The position numbers and the translations under genes were made by a program. Under the pieces are notes generated by a model, which was given only the letters and a program-made list of their open reading frames with translations, did no database searches and had not been told where the DNA came from. From the NCBI GenBank assembly GCA_964106915.2, contig OZ066926.1: a DNA stretch of 64,000 nucleotides, one strand, 5' to 3'. Positions 12,607 through 23,011 of this stretch are shown piece after piece. Source of the DNA: Podarcis gaigeae. Lineage: Eukaryota. Within the stretch, counting starts at the first letter, position 1. Each line of letters starts with the position of its first letter.

Positions 12607-13434
12607 AACACTGCTGTACCACACTAACCATCTTCACATGTACTTACTCATATTTCTCTCTAACCCAAAAGCTTATTTTGAGCTGGGAGCTTAACCTGCC
12701 GGGAACCTGTTTTGAGTGCTACCACTGAACCATGAAATAACAGTAAGCCATGCTGTTGGTTCTCATCTGGCAAGAGGGCTGTGGTTTGCACATGGCATGC
12801 TGCCTTTTGGCCTTCCCTCCCCAGACTCAATAGCTGAGCAGGCAGTTTTCGTAAAGATAGGGCAGGATTCAGTTATCCTATTTCACTAGCAGACAAAGAC
12901 TTCTACTAGCCTAATGGGGCTTCACCCACCTTACGCCTCTCCCAAATCTGCTCTGAAGGATCATGAGAACCCACAGAACAGATCACAGGGAGGAGAGGGG
13001 AAATTGTTCCATCAAGCAAGCAGCAGACAGAACAATCTCCTTAGCGCTAGCCAGAATTCCACCCATGGTGGTTGTTTTTTAAATCACAATTGTCCCTCAG
13101 TAATTTAATAAGAGAAAGCTGGTGTAGTGTAGTGCCTGAGAGACTGAGCTATAAGTCAGAAGTCAGGACTGGTTTGGATCTTACCTCTGCCCTGAGCTCA
13201 CAAGGTGCCTTGGGGAAGCAATTCTCCTTCAACCTCACCCCTGTTGCCGTATTGGGGGATAATGCAGATTTACAGACTTACAACTGGATGATGCATGTGA
13301 ACTACTGTGAGCACTTGAAAGCAGTCTAGGAATATGAGGTATTGTTATTAACAGGACAAAAGACGCCTCTACAGTTGTAATGTGAGCAGGCTGTGTGCTC
13401 CCATTGCACATTAGTGTCTGTGCATTCACACGTG

Positions 13435-13570
13435 CAGGCACCCCCAAACTCGGCCCGCCAGCTGCTTTGGGACTACAACTCCCATCATCCCTAGCTAACA
13501 AGAGCAGTGGTCAGGGATGGTAGGGATTGTAGTCCCAAAGCATCTGGAGGGCCAAGTTTGGGGATGCCTG
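13435..13570. mobile_element. Short palindromic hAT-type MITE (family with degenerate copies ~4860-4980, 6270-6380, 42940-43030, 45367-45502, 55500-55590, 61910-62010)
   Basis: TIR CAGGCACCCCCAAACT / AGTTTGGGGATGCCTG; internal inverted GACTACAACTCCCATC / GGGATTGTAGTC; 8-bp TSD CACACGTG / CACATGTA. The copy at 45367-45502 has TSD CCCTAGAG / CCATAGAG. Confidence 0.8.
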
Positions 13571-14051
13571 CACATGTAGGTGCACTTGAGATGAAACACA
13601 CCTATAGATTCAACTGTGTGTGTTTGTGTGTGAGAGATGAATGCTGGAGAATGAGAGCTCTAGTACGTGATTGCTAATGTGATTTTGGTAACAAATTCCC
13701 AAAGGCAGGGCCACAACTAGAAATAGGGACGGATAAGGAGTTTCCCAGTAGATCCTTTGTTAGAGTTTAAACCAAACCACTTTCTGTCTCCAGACTATCT
13801 GTCTTTCCATGCCACTATCTTGGCCACCCTTCCCCTCTTCCCTATACCCAGTCACTGCTCTCTCATCTCTTCCTTGTCTTTGGCAACTGAGTATGGGATG
13901 ATGATCAGATTAAATGAAGGGCTCTTCTGCCTTTCAAATAAGTATTTAGAAGATAGTGGCTTGTACAGAACTACGTAGGAACCCAGGCTGCAATTGAAGC
14001 TGGTACCTCTATCAGTAATAGGGTCCCAAAGCTCTCTCTGTGTGTCTATGT

Positions 14052-15391
14052 CAGTGTTTCCCAACCTTTTTTGGGCAAAGGCACACTTGTTTCATGAAAA
14101 AAATCTCGAGGCACACCACCATTAGAAAATGTTTAAAAAATTAACTCTGTGCCTATATTGACTATATATAAAGTAACTCTCTTTAATAGGCATCAAATAA
14201 ACACAAAGAAAGTACCGGTATTTTATAATTACTTTATTATGAAATAGTAAGTACCGTATTTTTAGGACGCTCCGTCCCATAGGACGCACCTACTTTTTTT
14301 GGGGGGGGGAAATAAAGGAAAAATTTTTTTCCTTTATTTCCCCCCCCAAAACCAGGTCGGGGAACAGTAGGATGGCGGTGCTGCGCCTCCCTGCTGTCCC
14401 CCGAGCTTGTGGGGCTGGCCCATGTCTGCCTGGCGCGAGGGGCGCTCTGCTTCAGGGCGCCCCGCGCATCGGGCGGCAGGCTACAGTCCGCAGCATGGGG
14501 AACCCTCTGTTTCAGGGCGCCCCACGCACCCCCCCCCGGGTGCGCAAGGCTTGCCAACACGAGCGCGGAGCACGGGGCGTCCTCCGAAGGGCGCCCCGTG
14601 CTCTGCGCCGCCCGCAAGCCTTGCGCTCCTGGGGGGAGATCCCCTGGGTGCGCAAGGCTGGCCAACACCAGCGCGGAGCACGGGGCGTCCTCCGAAGGAA
14701 CGCCGCCATCCCGCTGTCCCCCGACTTGGTTAGAAGGCTGGCGGGGGGAGAAGCCTGCTCCTCCCCGTCGCCAGCCCCGCAAACTCGGGAGACAGCGGGA
14801 GAGGCGTAGCGCGCCCACCCGCTGTCTCCCGACATGGTTTGGAGGCTGGCGGAGGGCTTCCTCCTCCCCCAGCCCCGCAAGCTCCCAGAGCTCTGGGTCC
14901 CGTTCTGGGGGAGGGGAAAGCTCGGGCTTCCCCCGCCCCAGCCCCGCGTCTCCAGCCGGGAGACGGTCGCGCTTTAGCCCCGTGCGTGCTCTCCCAGCTG
15001 GAGAGGTGACGCGCGCCTATGGAGGCTCCTGCCATAGGCGCGCGTCACCTCTCCAGCGGGGAGAGGGTCGCGGGGGGCTGCTTTAGCCCCGTGCGTGCTC
15101 TCCCAGCTGGAGAGGTGACGCGCGCCTATGGAGGCTCCTGCCATAGGCGCGCGTCACCTCTCCAGCGGGGAGAGGGTCGCGGGGGGCTGCTTTAGCCCCG
15201 TGCGTGCTCTCCCAGCTCGAGAGGTGACGCGCGCCTATGGCAGGAGCCTCCATAGGCGCGCGTCACCTCTCCAGCTGGGAGAGCACGCACGGGGCTAAAG
15301 CAGCCCGACTCACCCGCCTCCCTCCCACGGCACACCCGGCAACTTCTCGCGGCACACTAGTGTGCCGCGGAACACCGGTTGGGAAACACTG
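14052..15391. mobile_element. Young non-autonomous hAT (Charlie-like) element, 1340 bp, with CpG-rich tandem and hairpin cargo
   Basis: Perfect 15-bp TIR CAGTGTTTCCCAACC / GGTTGGGAAACACTG; perfect 8-bp TSD GTCTATGT (14044-14051, 15392-15399); repeated subterminal GGCACAC motifs; 22-bp perfect palindrome at 15348-15369. Confidence 0.93.
14971..15306. repeat. 109-bp tandem hairpin repeat (units start 14971, 15080, 15189); the last unit is a long palindrome
   Basis: Each unit contains the stem GAGAGGTGACGCGCGCCTATGG / CCATAGGCGCGCGTCACCTCTC around a 9-nt loop. 15184-15240 and 15250-15306 are 57-bp inverted arms with one mismatch. Confidence 0.95.
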
Positions 15392-16605
15392 GTCTATGTG
15401 GTTTGCATCCAGCCCTAACCATGTTATTATTTAAAAGTAAGTACCACTGAGTTCAGTGCGATTTGCTTCCAACCAAGGATGTGCAGGGTTGCAGCTCTAA
15501 TGTACTGAGGACACACGGAAAACTGTGTTGCATGAGAAAAATCAATATTCCCTGTGGAAGGGGGAGTGGGGGAGTTATTGTAGCAGAGAACATGTAGATC
15601 AGTTCCCAATGTTCTTCATTGTTTTTGTAGTAAGTCAAAGTTGGGCATTAAATGACTTCTGGGCGTTTTGCTAAGGATGGTGGAAGAGCAACTGAACTGA
15701 ATTATTTGGGTCAGTAGGCCAACAGAACTGCTCTGATTCCGTGAGCTTTAACCACTGAGAACACATTAGCATTCTGCTCATTTCACAGAAAAGAGGATTT
15801 AAAACTGTTCATTTCGCTGTAGTCATGGTTCAAATGGAATATTTGGGGGGAAATAAAGTACAGCTGTCTCACTAACTTGCGCAGAGGTGGAGCTGTGGAA
15901 AAGTGGTAAGATTTTAAATCTCACAGGATTTACCTCAGAACCTGATTTGCAAGACTCAGCCTAATTGCCTCTGAGCATGTATAGAGCACTTTCCCATCAC
16001 TGCTGAGTAACTCCTGTTGGGCTGAGCACACCTGAAACAAGCAGGGATGCTGAGCCTCTGAAGCCAATTAAGTTACAAATCAGATATCAGGTGGTTGACC
16101 AGTTTTGAGTTAGAGTCCTAGCTTCAGAGAGTAGGCAGTTACTGGAGGTGGGTGTGGGTTGATGTAAGACAAACATTATGGGAGTAATATAGCAATGTGA
16201 TTGAGGGGTGGTCAGCTGGAAGACTGTTTATGGGCGCTGGAGGTAAGCTGGTATGGGGAAGACATATGCAACTCTGAAACCTTTAAGAATTTTGAAATGT
16301 AGAACGTGCAGAGATTGGACCTTTCCCAAGTGTGGTGGAATAAATTTCTTATGCTCAATCTATTTTGCTGTTTAGAAGAGCCCTTCACGGTTGAAATACA
16401 AATATGATTCTGTTACAATATATTGCCCTTCAGCTCAACAGCACCTTTCCGGCTGAAGCAGAAGGACTGGTGATGTCTCGTCCCTGCCCAGCGACATCAT
16501 CCCTGCCTTGGCTAAGGGTGTAGCAAGGGGAAGGTTTTTCTCGTAGCACCTTCACGCCACTTCCTTCCGAGCCTTCTGCAAGCTTCTTCAAGAGCGGCCG
16601 AATAA

Positions 16606-17961
16606 ATGGAGCAGGAGTGCCTGGCTCTGGTTGCTGCCTGCGTCCAAACCTCCCAGTTGCTGGTGCAGCAATGGATGCTCAACAGGCGCACGGTGATTTT
16701 CGCCATAGCGAGGATTCTGCAGAGGAGGCGCTTCCGCAGGTCAGCCGCGGTGCTGAGGCGCATCCTCTCAGCCAGCGTCCGCCGCAAGAGAGCCCTGCTG
16801 CGGCTTCACCGGAACGCCATCGTCTCCGTGGTCACCATGGTGTACTCGTCTTCCCCCGCGCTGCACTACGAGCACGAGCTGATGGCCTTGTCTGAGCGCT
16901 CCCACTGGATGCTTCCCAGGTGCAGCGAATGGTGGGAGCGGATGATCAACTCTGAGCAGGACGACAAGTGCTGGATTTCCTTGTTCAGGATGTCGCGGTC
17001 CACACTGATGTACATCGCCGAGGAGCTGCGCCCTGCCCTGCAGCGCCGGGACACGGGCATGCGCTCTCACATCCCTGTGGAGAAAAGAGTCGCCATGACT
17101 ATCTGGAAGCTGGCGCACCACGACAGCTACAAGACCGTCTCAGAGCTCTTCGGGGTGGGGATTTCGTCAGCCTGCTCGATATTTGAAGAGGTGTGCGAGG
17201 AAATAAACAGCAGGCTGCTGGCCCAAATCATTAAGCTGGGAGACCCGCAGGAGATCATTGAGGGCTTCAAGGAGATGGGTTTCCCCAACTGCCTTGGCGC
17301 AATCGATGCAATCCACATCTCCATCCTCTGCCCCCCGTTCTCTGCTGACTCCTACATTAATTGCAAGGGTTTCTATTCTATGGTGCTGCAGGCCCTGGTG
17401 GACAGCAAATCCCGGTTCACCGATATCTACGTCGGCTTTCCGGAGAGGTCCCACGACTCCCGCATCTTGCACAACTCTCCGTTCTTCAACAGCATGGACG
17501 AAGGCACTTTTGGGCCACAGACGCCAACGGTGCTGGAAGGCGTTTCGATGACCCCTGTCATAATTGGGGATCCTGCCTATCCGCTTCGGCCCTGGCTCAT
17601 GAAGCCGTACCCAGCGCCAAAAACCGGGGCCCAGGAAAAATTCAACGAGCGGCTCGCTAAGTGCCGAGCGTGTGTGGAGAGAGCTTTTGGGGTCCTGAGA
17701 GCTCGCTGGAGGTGCCTGCAGATGAGGCTGGATGTGAGGGAGAAGCTCATTCCGGTGGTCATAGCCACCTGCTGTATCCTGCACAATATCTGCGAGATCA
17801 AAGGGGATGAGTTGCTGGAGCCGTTGGAAAGCCCCGCAGTGGCTGAAAGCCAGAATGCTTCAGCCAGGCCAAGGGTGCCCTTGTCAGAGGCTGGACTGAC
17901 CAAGAGAGCTTGCCAGATCAGGGCTGCTTATTGCTCCTATTTTGAAAAGAGCCCTGTGTAA
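16606..17961 (+). CDS. PIF/Harbinger-family DDE transposase-derived protein (HARBI1/ALP1-like, DDE_Tnp_4 type), 451 aa, intronless
   Basis: Uninterrupted ORF. N-terminal Harbinger motifs WWER..DDKCWISLFRMSR, VEKRVAMTIWKLA and the HTH-like YKTVSELFGVGISSAC; catalytic motifs GAID, IGDPAYP, VERAFG; C-terminal CCILHN. Acceptor TTGCCCTTCAG at 16433; AATAAA ~18093. The sequence does not look like the HARBI1 orthologue, so no symbol is given. Confidence 0.92.
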   Translation: MEQECLALVAACVQTSQLLVQQWMLNRRTVIFAIARILQRRRFRRSAAVLRRILSASVRRKRALLRLHRNAIVSVVTMVYSSSPALHYEHELMALSERSHWMLPRCSEWWERMINSEQDDKCWISLFRMSRSTLMYIAEELRPALQRRDTGMRSHIPVEKRVAMTIWKLAHHDSYKTVSELFGVGISSACSIFEEVCEEINSRLLAQIIKLGDPQEIIEGFKEMGFPNCLGAIDAIHISILCPPFSADSYINCKGFYSMVLQALVDSKSRFTDIYVGFPERSHDSRILHNSPFFNSMDEGTFGPQTPTVLEGVSMTPVIIGDPAYPLRPWLMKPYPAPKTGAQEKFNERLAKCRACVERAFGVLRARWRCLQMRLDVREKLIPVVIATCCILHNICEIKGDELLEPLESPAVAESQNASARPRVPLSEAGLTKRACQIRAAYCSYFEKSPV

Positions 17962-18446
17962 AGTGGGGTGGGGGTGGGGGGAAACAAAGCAGGCTCGTTT
18001 GTCCATGTAATTTCATGGGTGTGTATGACCTGGTTGTAGTATACAGACCCTGTATTGCTGATGCCTAGTATGTGGTAGTTTTCTACATGTCAAATAAAAA
18101 GGCTATGATTTTGAGTGGTCTGCTGCTATATTTTCTAAGAGATAGGATTTTTTAAAAGGTAATTGCTATGGTAAAAGCATAGGGTGGGACTTGAACCAAT
18201 GATGGTGTAAAATAGAAGAGTGAACAGTTTTTCTTAAAGAGGATTTATATACCTACCACTCGTATCTGTAAAACATTAACAAAAAGACATGGTATACCTG
18301 CCTAATGAAAATGGAAGTTCATGGACAAATTTTCTAGCCTGTTAGAAAGTACACTCTGGATGCAATCCTATGTACACTTACCTGGGACTACGTTTTACTG
18401 AACCCTCTGGGACTTTCTGTGTAATCCTATCATGTTCACCCAGAAA

Positions 18447-18631
18447 CATAGCTGTCAACTTTCATATTTGAAAATAAGGGATCAGCAGCCTCAAAAATAA
18501 GGGATCAGCCTCACCTGTCCCAGGGACAGTCTACAGAATATCTAACAATCTGGGATAGCAGTGGGAAGCAGCGGAAAATGGCACTGGAATAAGGGAATTT
18601 CCCGCAAAAAAAGGGAAGGTTGACAGCTATG
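18447..18631. mobile_element. hAT-type MITE, 185 bp
   Basis: TIR CATAGCTGTCAAC / GTTGACAGCTATG; perfect 8-bp TSD CCCAGAAA (18439-18446, 18632-18639). Confidence 0.9.
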
Positions 18632-20741
18632 CCCAGAAATATCTCAAGATGTTTCAGTTGGCTAGTCCAGTATCCAGATGCTTGTGGGGGAAATCAACAA
18701 AGATCATGAAGATGCATGCTACTCCAGCCTCTCCAATACTAAATGCAGGTTTTATGCTACTTTGCTACATGAAGCTATCGTCTTCTGCGTGTCATCCAAA
18801 AGCTGTTTCAGTGTTGCAGGTTCATCTAGACACCCAGGGATTTTAAAGATGAGACACATGTATTTCAAGGGGAATGGCAGACGTGAGATTTATATGAACC
18901 AGCAACCATGGATCCACATAATGAAACAGTTTAGACCGTCTTCTTAAGCTAAGATACGAACAATACTTTTGTTCACACTAAAACCAGGAATCTTCTAATC
19001 ATAATTTCCTGGTTTGGTAGGGTTGCCATGTTTCAAAAAGTGAAAACACTAAGTTTTATTTTGTTTTTTTGCAAAATTGCAAAAATGGCTATTTTTTTAA
19101 GGGAAATCGACACTGCTGGCTTAACTGGTTTAATTGCAGCTTTCAGGGAAAAGTGCAGGGGCTGTGTTCAGGGGCAAAAAGCTTATGCATTTTTCAGCCT
19201 AATAAGTCTAATAAGATATTACTAATAAGATACGACTGTCTGAATGCATGTGATAACTCCCACTTTCCATATCTAGGCAGACATGGTTTTATCCTGCCTT
19301 GCAAACCAGAAATGTCAGTAACATTGAAACCACTGTTTCTCAGTTCAGATGTCAAGTGAAGCTGATTTAACAAACTGGGAATCTTCCCCTCCTATGGGGC
19401 ACATGAGAGAGGAGGCACCCATACTCGTGGTTCGCTCCTGCTCTTAAAAAAATAAAAATCACTGAGCTGTTTTACGAAAGGAAACAACAAAAACACTTGT
19501 CCTTCCATATTTAAGATTTTTCTAGGAAAGTATATTTTTTTCAATTAACAGGGAAGCAAAACACAGAATAAATGCTGATGGTCATTGTGCTTAATGCCCT
19601 GCTTGCTAATTGCTAGGGATGGTCTTCAAGGGGAGACTTCTGAAGTGATAGTGCAAAGCCGTAACCAGTGTACTTTGGCTGCAAACATGTTCTGCTGATC
19701 CTTTCTTTCACAATGCAATATTGTGCACACACAGAACGTGTAGAAAGTAGCTTTTGACAATTACGTGCCATTTGCCACAACTGCAACGTTGAACAGTTAG
19801 TGGGATCATTTTAACAAAATGGCTTTAAGCAAAAACTGTAGCATGTTCCTCCACTTCAAAGTAAAAAGAGGATTTGTTGCATTTCCTTTGCTTCCATGGG
19901 CAGCAGTCTAGTGTCGCCAAGATTGAATTTGTAGCAGAACTCACCTAAGCTTAGCACTAGAGTGCACAGGTTGCTCAAGAGAGTCTCTGGGTTGTATCCA
20001 GCTAAGTTCTATCTTATTGAACCTAAGATAGTCTTGTCCATTCAGTTCATTGGGTCTGTTCCGAGTACAGCTACCACTGGAGACAATCCTCTCCCTCACC
20101 ACTGAAGGACACTTCCCCTGTTACAAGTGCTGGAAATGTACAACCCACACTAGAAAATGGTGGGCAACAATCACATGTGTAGAATAGTTGCTGAATAAAC
20201 AGGCTTTGAAGACCACGAGGAGTGTACTTGCCACATGTGATAATCTTTATGTGCTTACCGTGTTGTTTTTTTACAGAGGACTTGCCTCCTGTGTGTTGTG
20301 TAATGTAGGAAGCAATCCAGAAAAACCACAACTATTCCCCCTCAGCAGCACCACAATCACTCAATAAAGCAATACATATCTAAGATCAGGGCGTCAAGGC
20401 AGCCTTCAACTCTCCTCCAGCCAATGCCTTTTCATTTAATCTGCGATTTAGAAGAAAGATGCTAGGAGGTGGACATGAAACAGTGGGGTGGGGGGAAGGA
20501 GGCAACATACAGATTGTCTTAGCCTTTTGAGGACATGGTGGCTGCTATGGGGATCATAGTGGGATGTGAGAAATCAAAAAGGACCAAGTGTCCCTCAGTT
20601 GTCCAGCACTCTATTTTTGAAAGTGTATAAGTTGATTGTTCTGTATTTAGCAGTTACCTTGGGACACTTAGGAGGGTGTTGGAGAAGTTGGTTGTGAGGA
20701 TCACCAGGCAAAATGGCCTTAGCGGAACTTTCAGTGTTGGA

Positions 20742-20940
20742 GAACATAACAACAGTTTTGCTGAATCAGGCGAAAGGTCCATCTAGTCTGGTATCTCCTT
20801 TCCCACAGTGGTAAACTATATGCTTCTGGGAAGCTCATAAAATAGGCATAGAAGCAATAGCTGTCACCTGTTATTACTCCCTAGTGACAGTATTATCAGG
20901 CATGTTACCTCTTAAGTTTGGAGGTTGTATGTAGCCTTCC
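20742..20940 (-). mobile_element. CR1 LINE 3' end fragment (a second one ~21370-21500, minus)
   Basis: The reverse complement resembles the GACTAGATGGACC..TGATTCAGCA..TTATGTTCT CR1-type tail also seen at ~40300-40590. Confidence 0.55.
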
Positions 20941-23011
20941 CTTACACTAATAGCAAATTCATTCTCCCAGGTGTGGATCCTTGTGCAGCTAAAAGTGCAT
21001 GATGAGTGCACGTGGAAGAGATATTCAGGAAGAACTGAACATGCTCAGTGGCTATAGAATATTGACTCTCAGTTGAATGGAGGGAAGAATGGATAAGCGG
21101 GAGGAGGGAAAATGGAATATCCAGGAAAAGGGCATGGCTGGCTGGCAGGAATTCCAAATAGGAGCCTCCATACTGCAACTTTTTGTTGCAGGTTCCACTT
21201 GTCATGATTAATAGCTAATGGTAAAACACATTAATTCTCCATGAAAGTGTGTTTAATCCATCTATGCTAGTGCCCATCACCACATCTTGCAGTGTGGCAG
21301 GGAACCATTTGTGGGCTTAAAAAGAGCTCATGATGATCGCGTGGGCACAGCCAAGGGCTAATCTGTATGTTAAGAATGTATGAATGCTGGATCAGGCCAA
21401 TGGCCCATCCAGTTCTCTTTGCAGCCAGCCAAACGCCTGTCAAAAGTCTGCAAGCAGGATCTGAGCACAACAGCCCTGTCCTCACATACAATTCAGCAAA
21501 GGTACAGGAGATCACATACTGCACAATGATCTTGCTAGCAGTTCACTGCAGTATCTGCTAGCAAGTTGTTTGTGTGATGTAAACACACCAACATTTGTGA
21601 TATATAGCACAAAACAAGTCTACTATGAAACTACGCACTCACATGCAATTCTTAAGAAATATGGGGAGAAACTCTCACAAGACCAGAAGACTCAAAGGAG
21701 GGAAGCCTTATATAACAAAGGAATGGAACAAAACTAAAACATCAAACAAATGTGGCATTCAGTTTACCATTGTTTATGCTGCTTATTCATTTTGTGGGGG
21801 GTTCTCTCTGTTGGTGAATTTTGAGGGCACACACAAAGATCAGCATCCCCATATTCTTTTTTAAAAAACTTTATTTAACAAAGGAAAAACAATGTGATCA
21901 ACAACAGTGCATCATGTGGCACATTATACTTTAAGATTTGACAGAGATTGTTAAAAGTAACCTCCTTATAAAGTTTTTCCCCTTCCTCATCCCCTACAAA
22001 TAACACCACACTGCGAGAAGACTTGGCAATGATGAGATTGCCATGTTGGGTGGAGCAAATGAAGCAACTATGGGTTGCAATTATCCAACTTTCACCTATA
22101 ATTCCAGCTCTTTCTTTCCAACTTAATCGTGTTGAAATTTGCCACCTTCATCAGAAATATAGAGAAGTAGGAAAACCTGTCAAGTAGGAAAACCTTACCT
22201 GTATATCCTTGAGTGCGACCTTCTTTCATACAAGCAGAGTCATCCAGCCAGTTGCGATGATCAAGAATCTAGTGGTTGCTAACTTCTAAGTCCCCCCCCC
22301 CCCCGCAATGCATAGATTTAGAGCTGATTTAAACAATGAGGTGTATGTAGTGGAGTTTTCCCTGAGGGCCTTACTATGTCAAGATACACATGGGCGGTGG
22401 TTACTTGTCTAAAAACACCCCAGTCAAAATATATTCATTTTATTAATTTTTGAATTGCCTTTCACATGTCTCAATCTGAATTACAATATAAGCAACTAAC
22501 ATACTTTTAAAAGCAATACAAGATGGAGACCTTTTCATCCAGATGGAAATGTTTGTTGAAACAAAATGTCTTCAGGTTTTTTTGGAAAGCACATAAAAAA
22601 TGAATATGAAGTAGCAGTAGATCACCTTTCCATTTACGTGGCGATCTTGAGGCAGGGGCAATCTCAAGGAAACCAATTCCCACTTTATTTTCAGCAAGTT
22701 TAGTCCCTTTAGACAACCAGACTGCATGCACGCTAAATATTTAAATAATCACTGAGCAATTTATGAGATTCAATTAATATCTTTTGGTGTTATTTCCATT
22801 CACATTTCTGGGACACGATTTGACTTTTTAAAATTTATTTATTTAATAAAGCAAAGCTTATGATTGTACCACACAAAATGCAAAGGGGAATAGGTAGCAC
22901 ACCGCCTGCCTTTTCCTTACCCTTGATTCTGGCTGTTCCAGCAGACGTTTCAGCTTCTTCTAGTGCTGGGATGACACTGCAACCTTCTTACCCTCATTCC
23001 TAGGGTTGACC

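Noticed and set aside
14237-15086. Long overlapping ORFs on both strands (up to 225 aa)
   Set aside because: They arise from stop-poor GC-rich repeats inside a hAT MITE; no transposase or other domain motif.
14971-15306. CRISPR-like appearance of palindromic repeats
   Set aside because: No unique spacers, the units are contiguous 109-bp duplicates, the context is eukaryotic and there are no cas genes.
16606-17961. Assigning the symbol HARBI1
   Set aside because: Lacks the HARBI1 N-terminus, is longer, and is not beside ATG13; it is closer to mobile Harbinger transposases.
18036-18051. GTAGTATACAGACCCT as a remnant right Harbinger TIR
   Set aside because: Only loosely similar; no matching left TIR or TSD found upstream.
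22195-22290. Minus-strand exon-like segment with a strong donor (CAG|GTAAGG)
   Set aside because: Stops in all three frames and no partner exons; cannot be supported as a gene.
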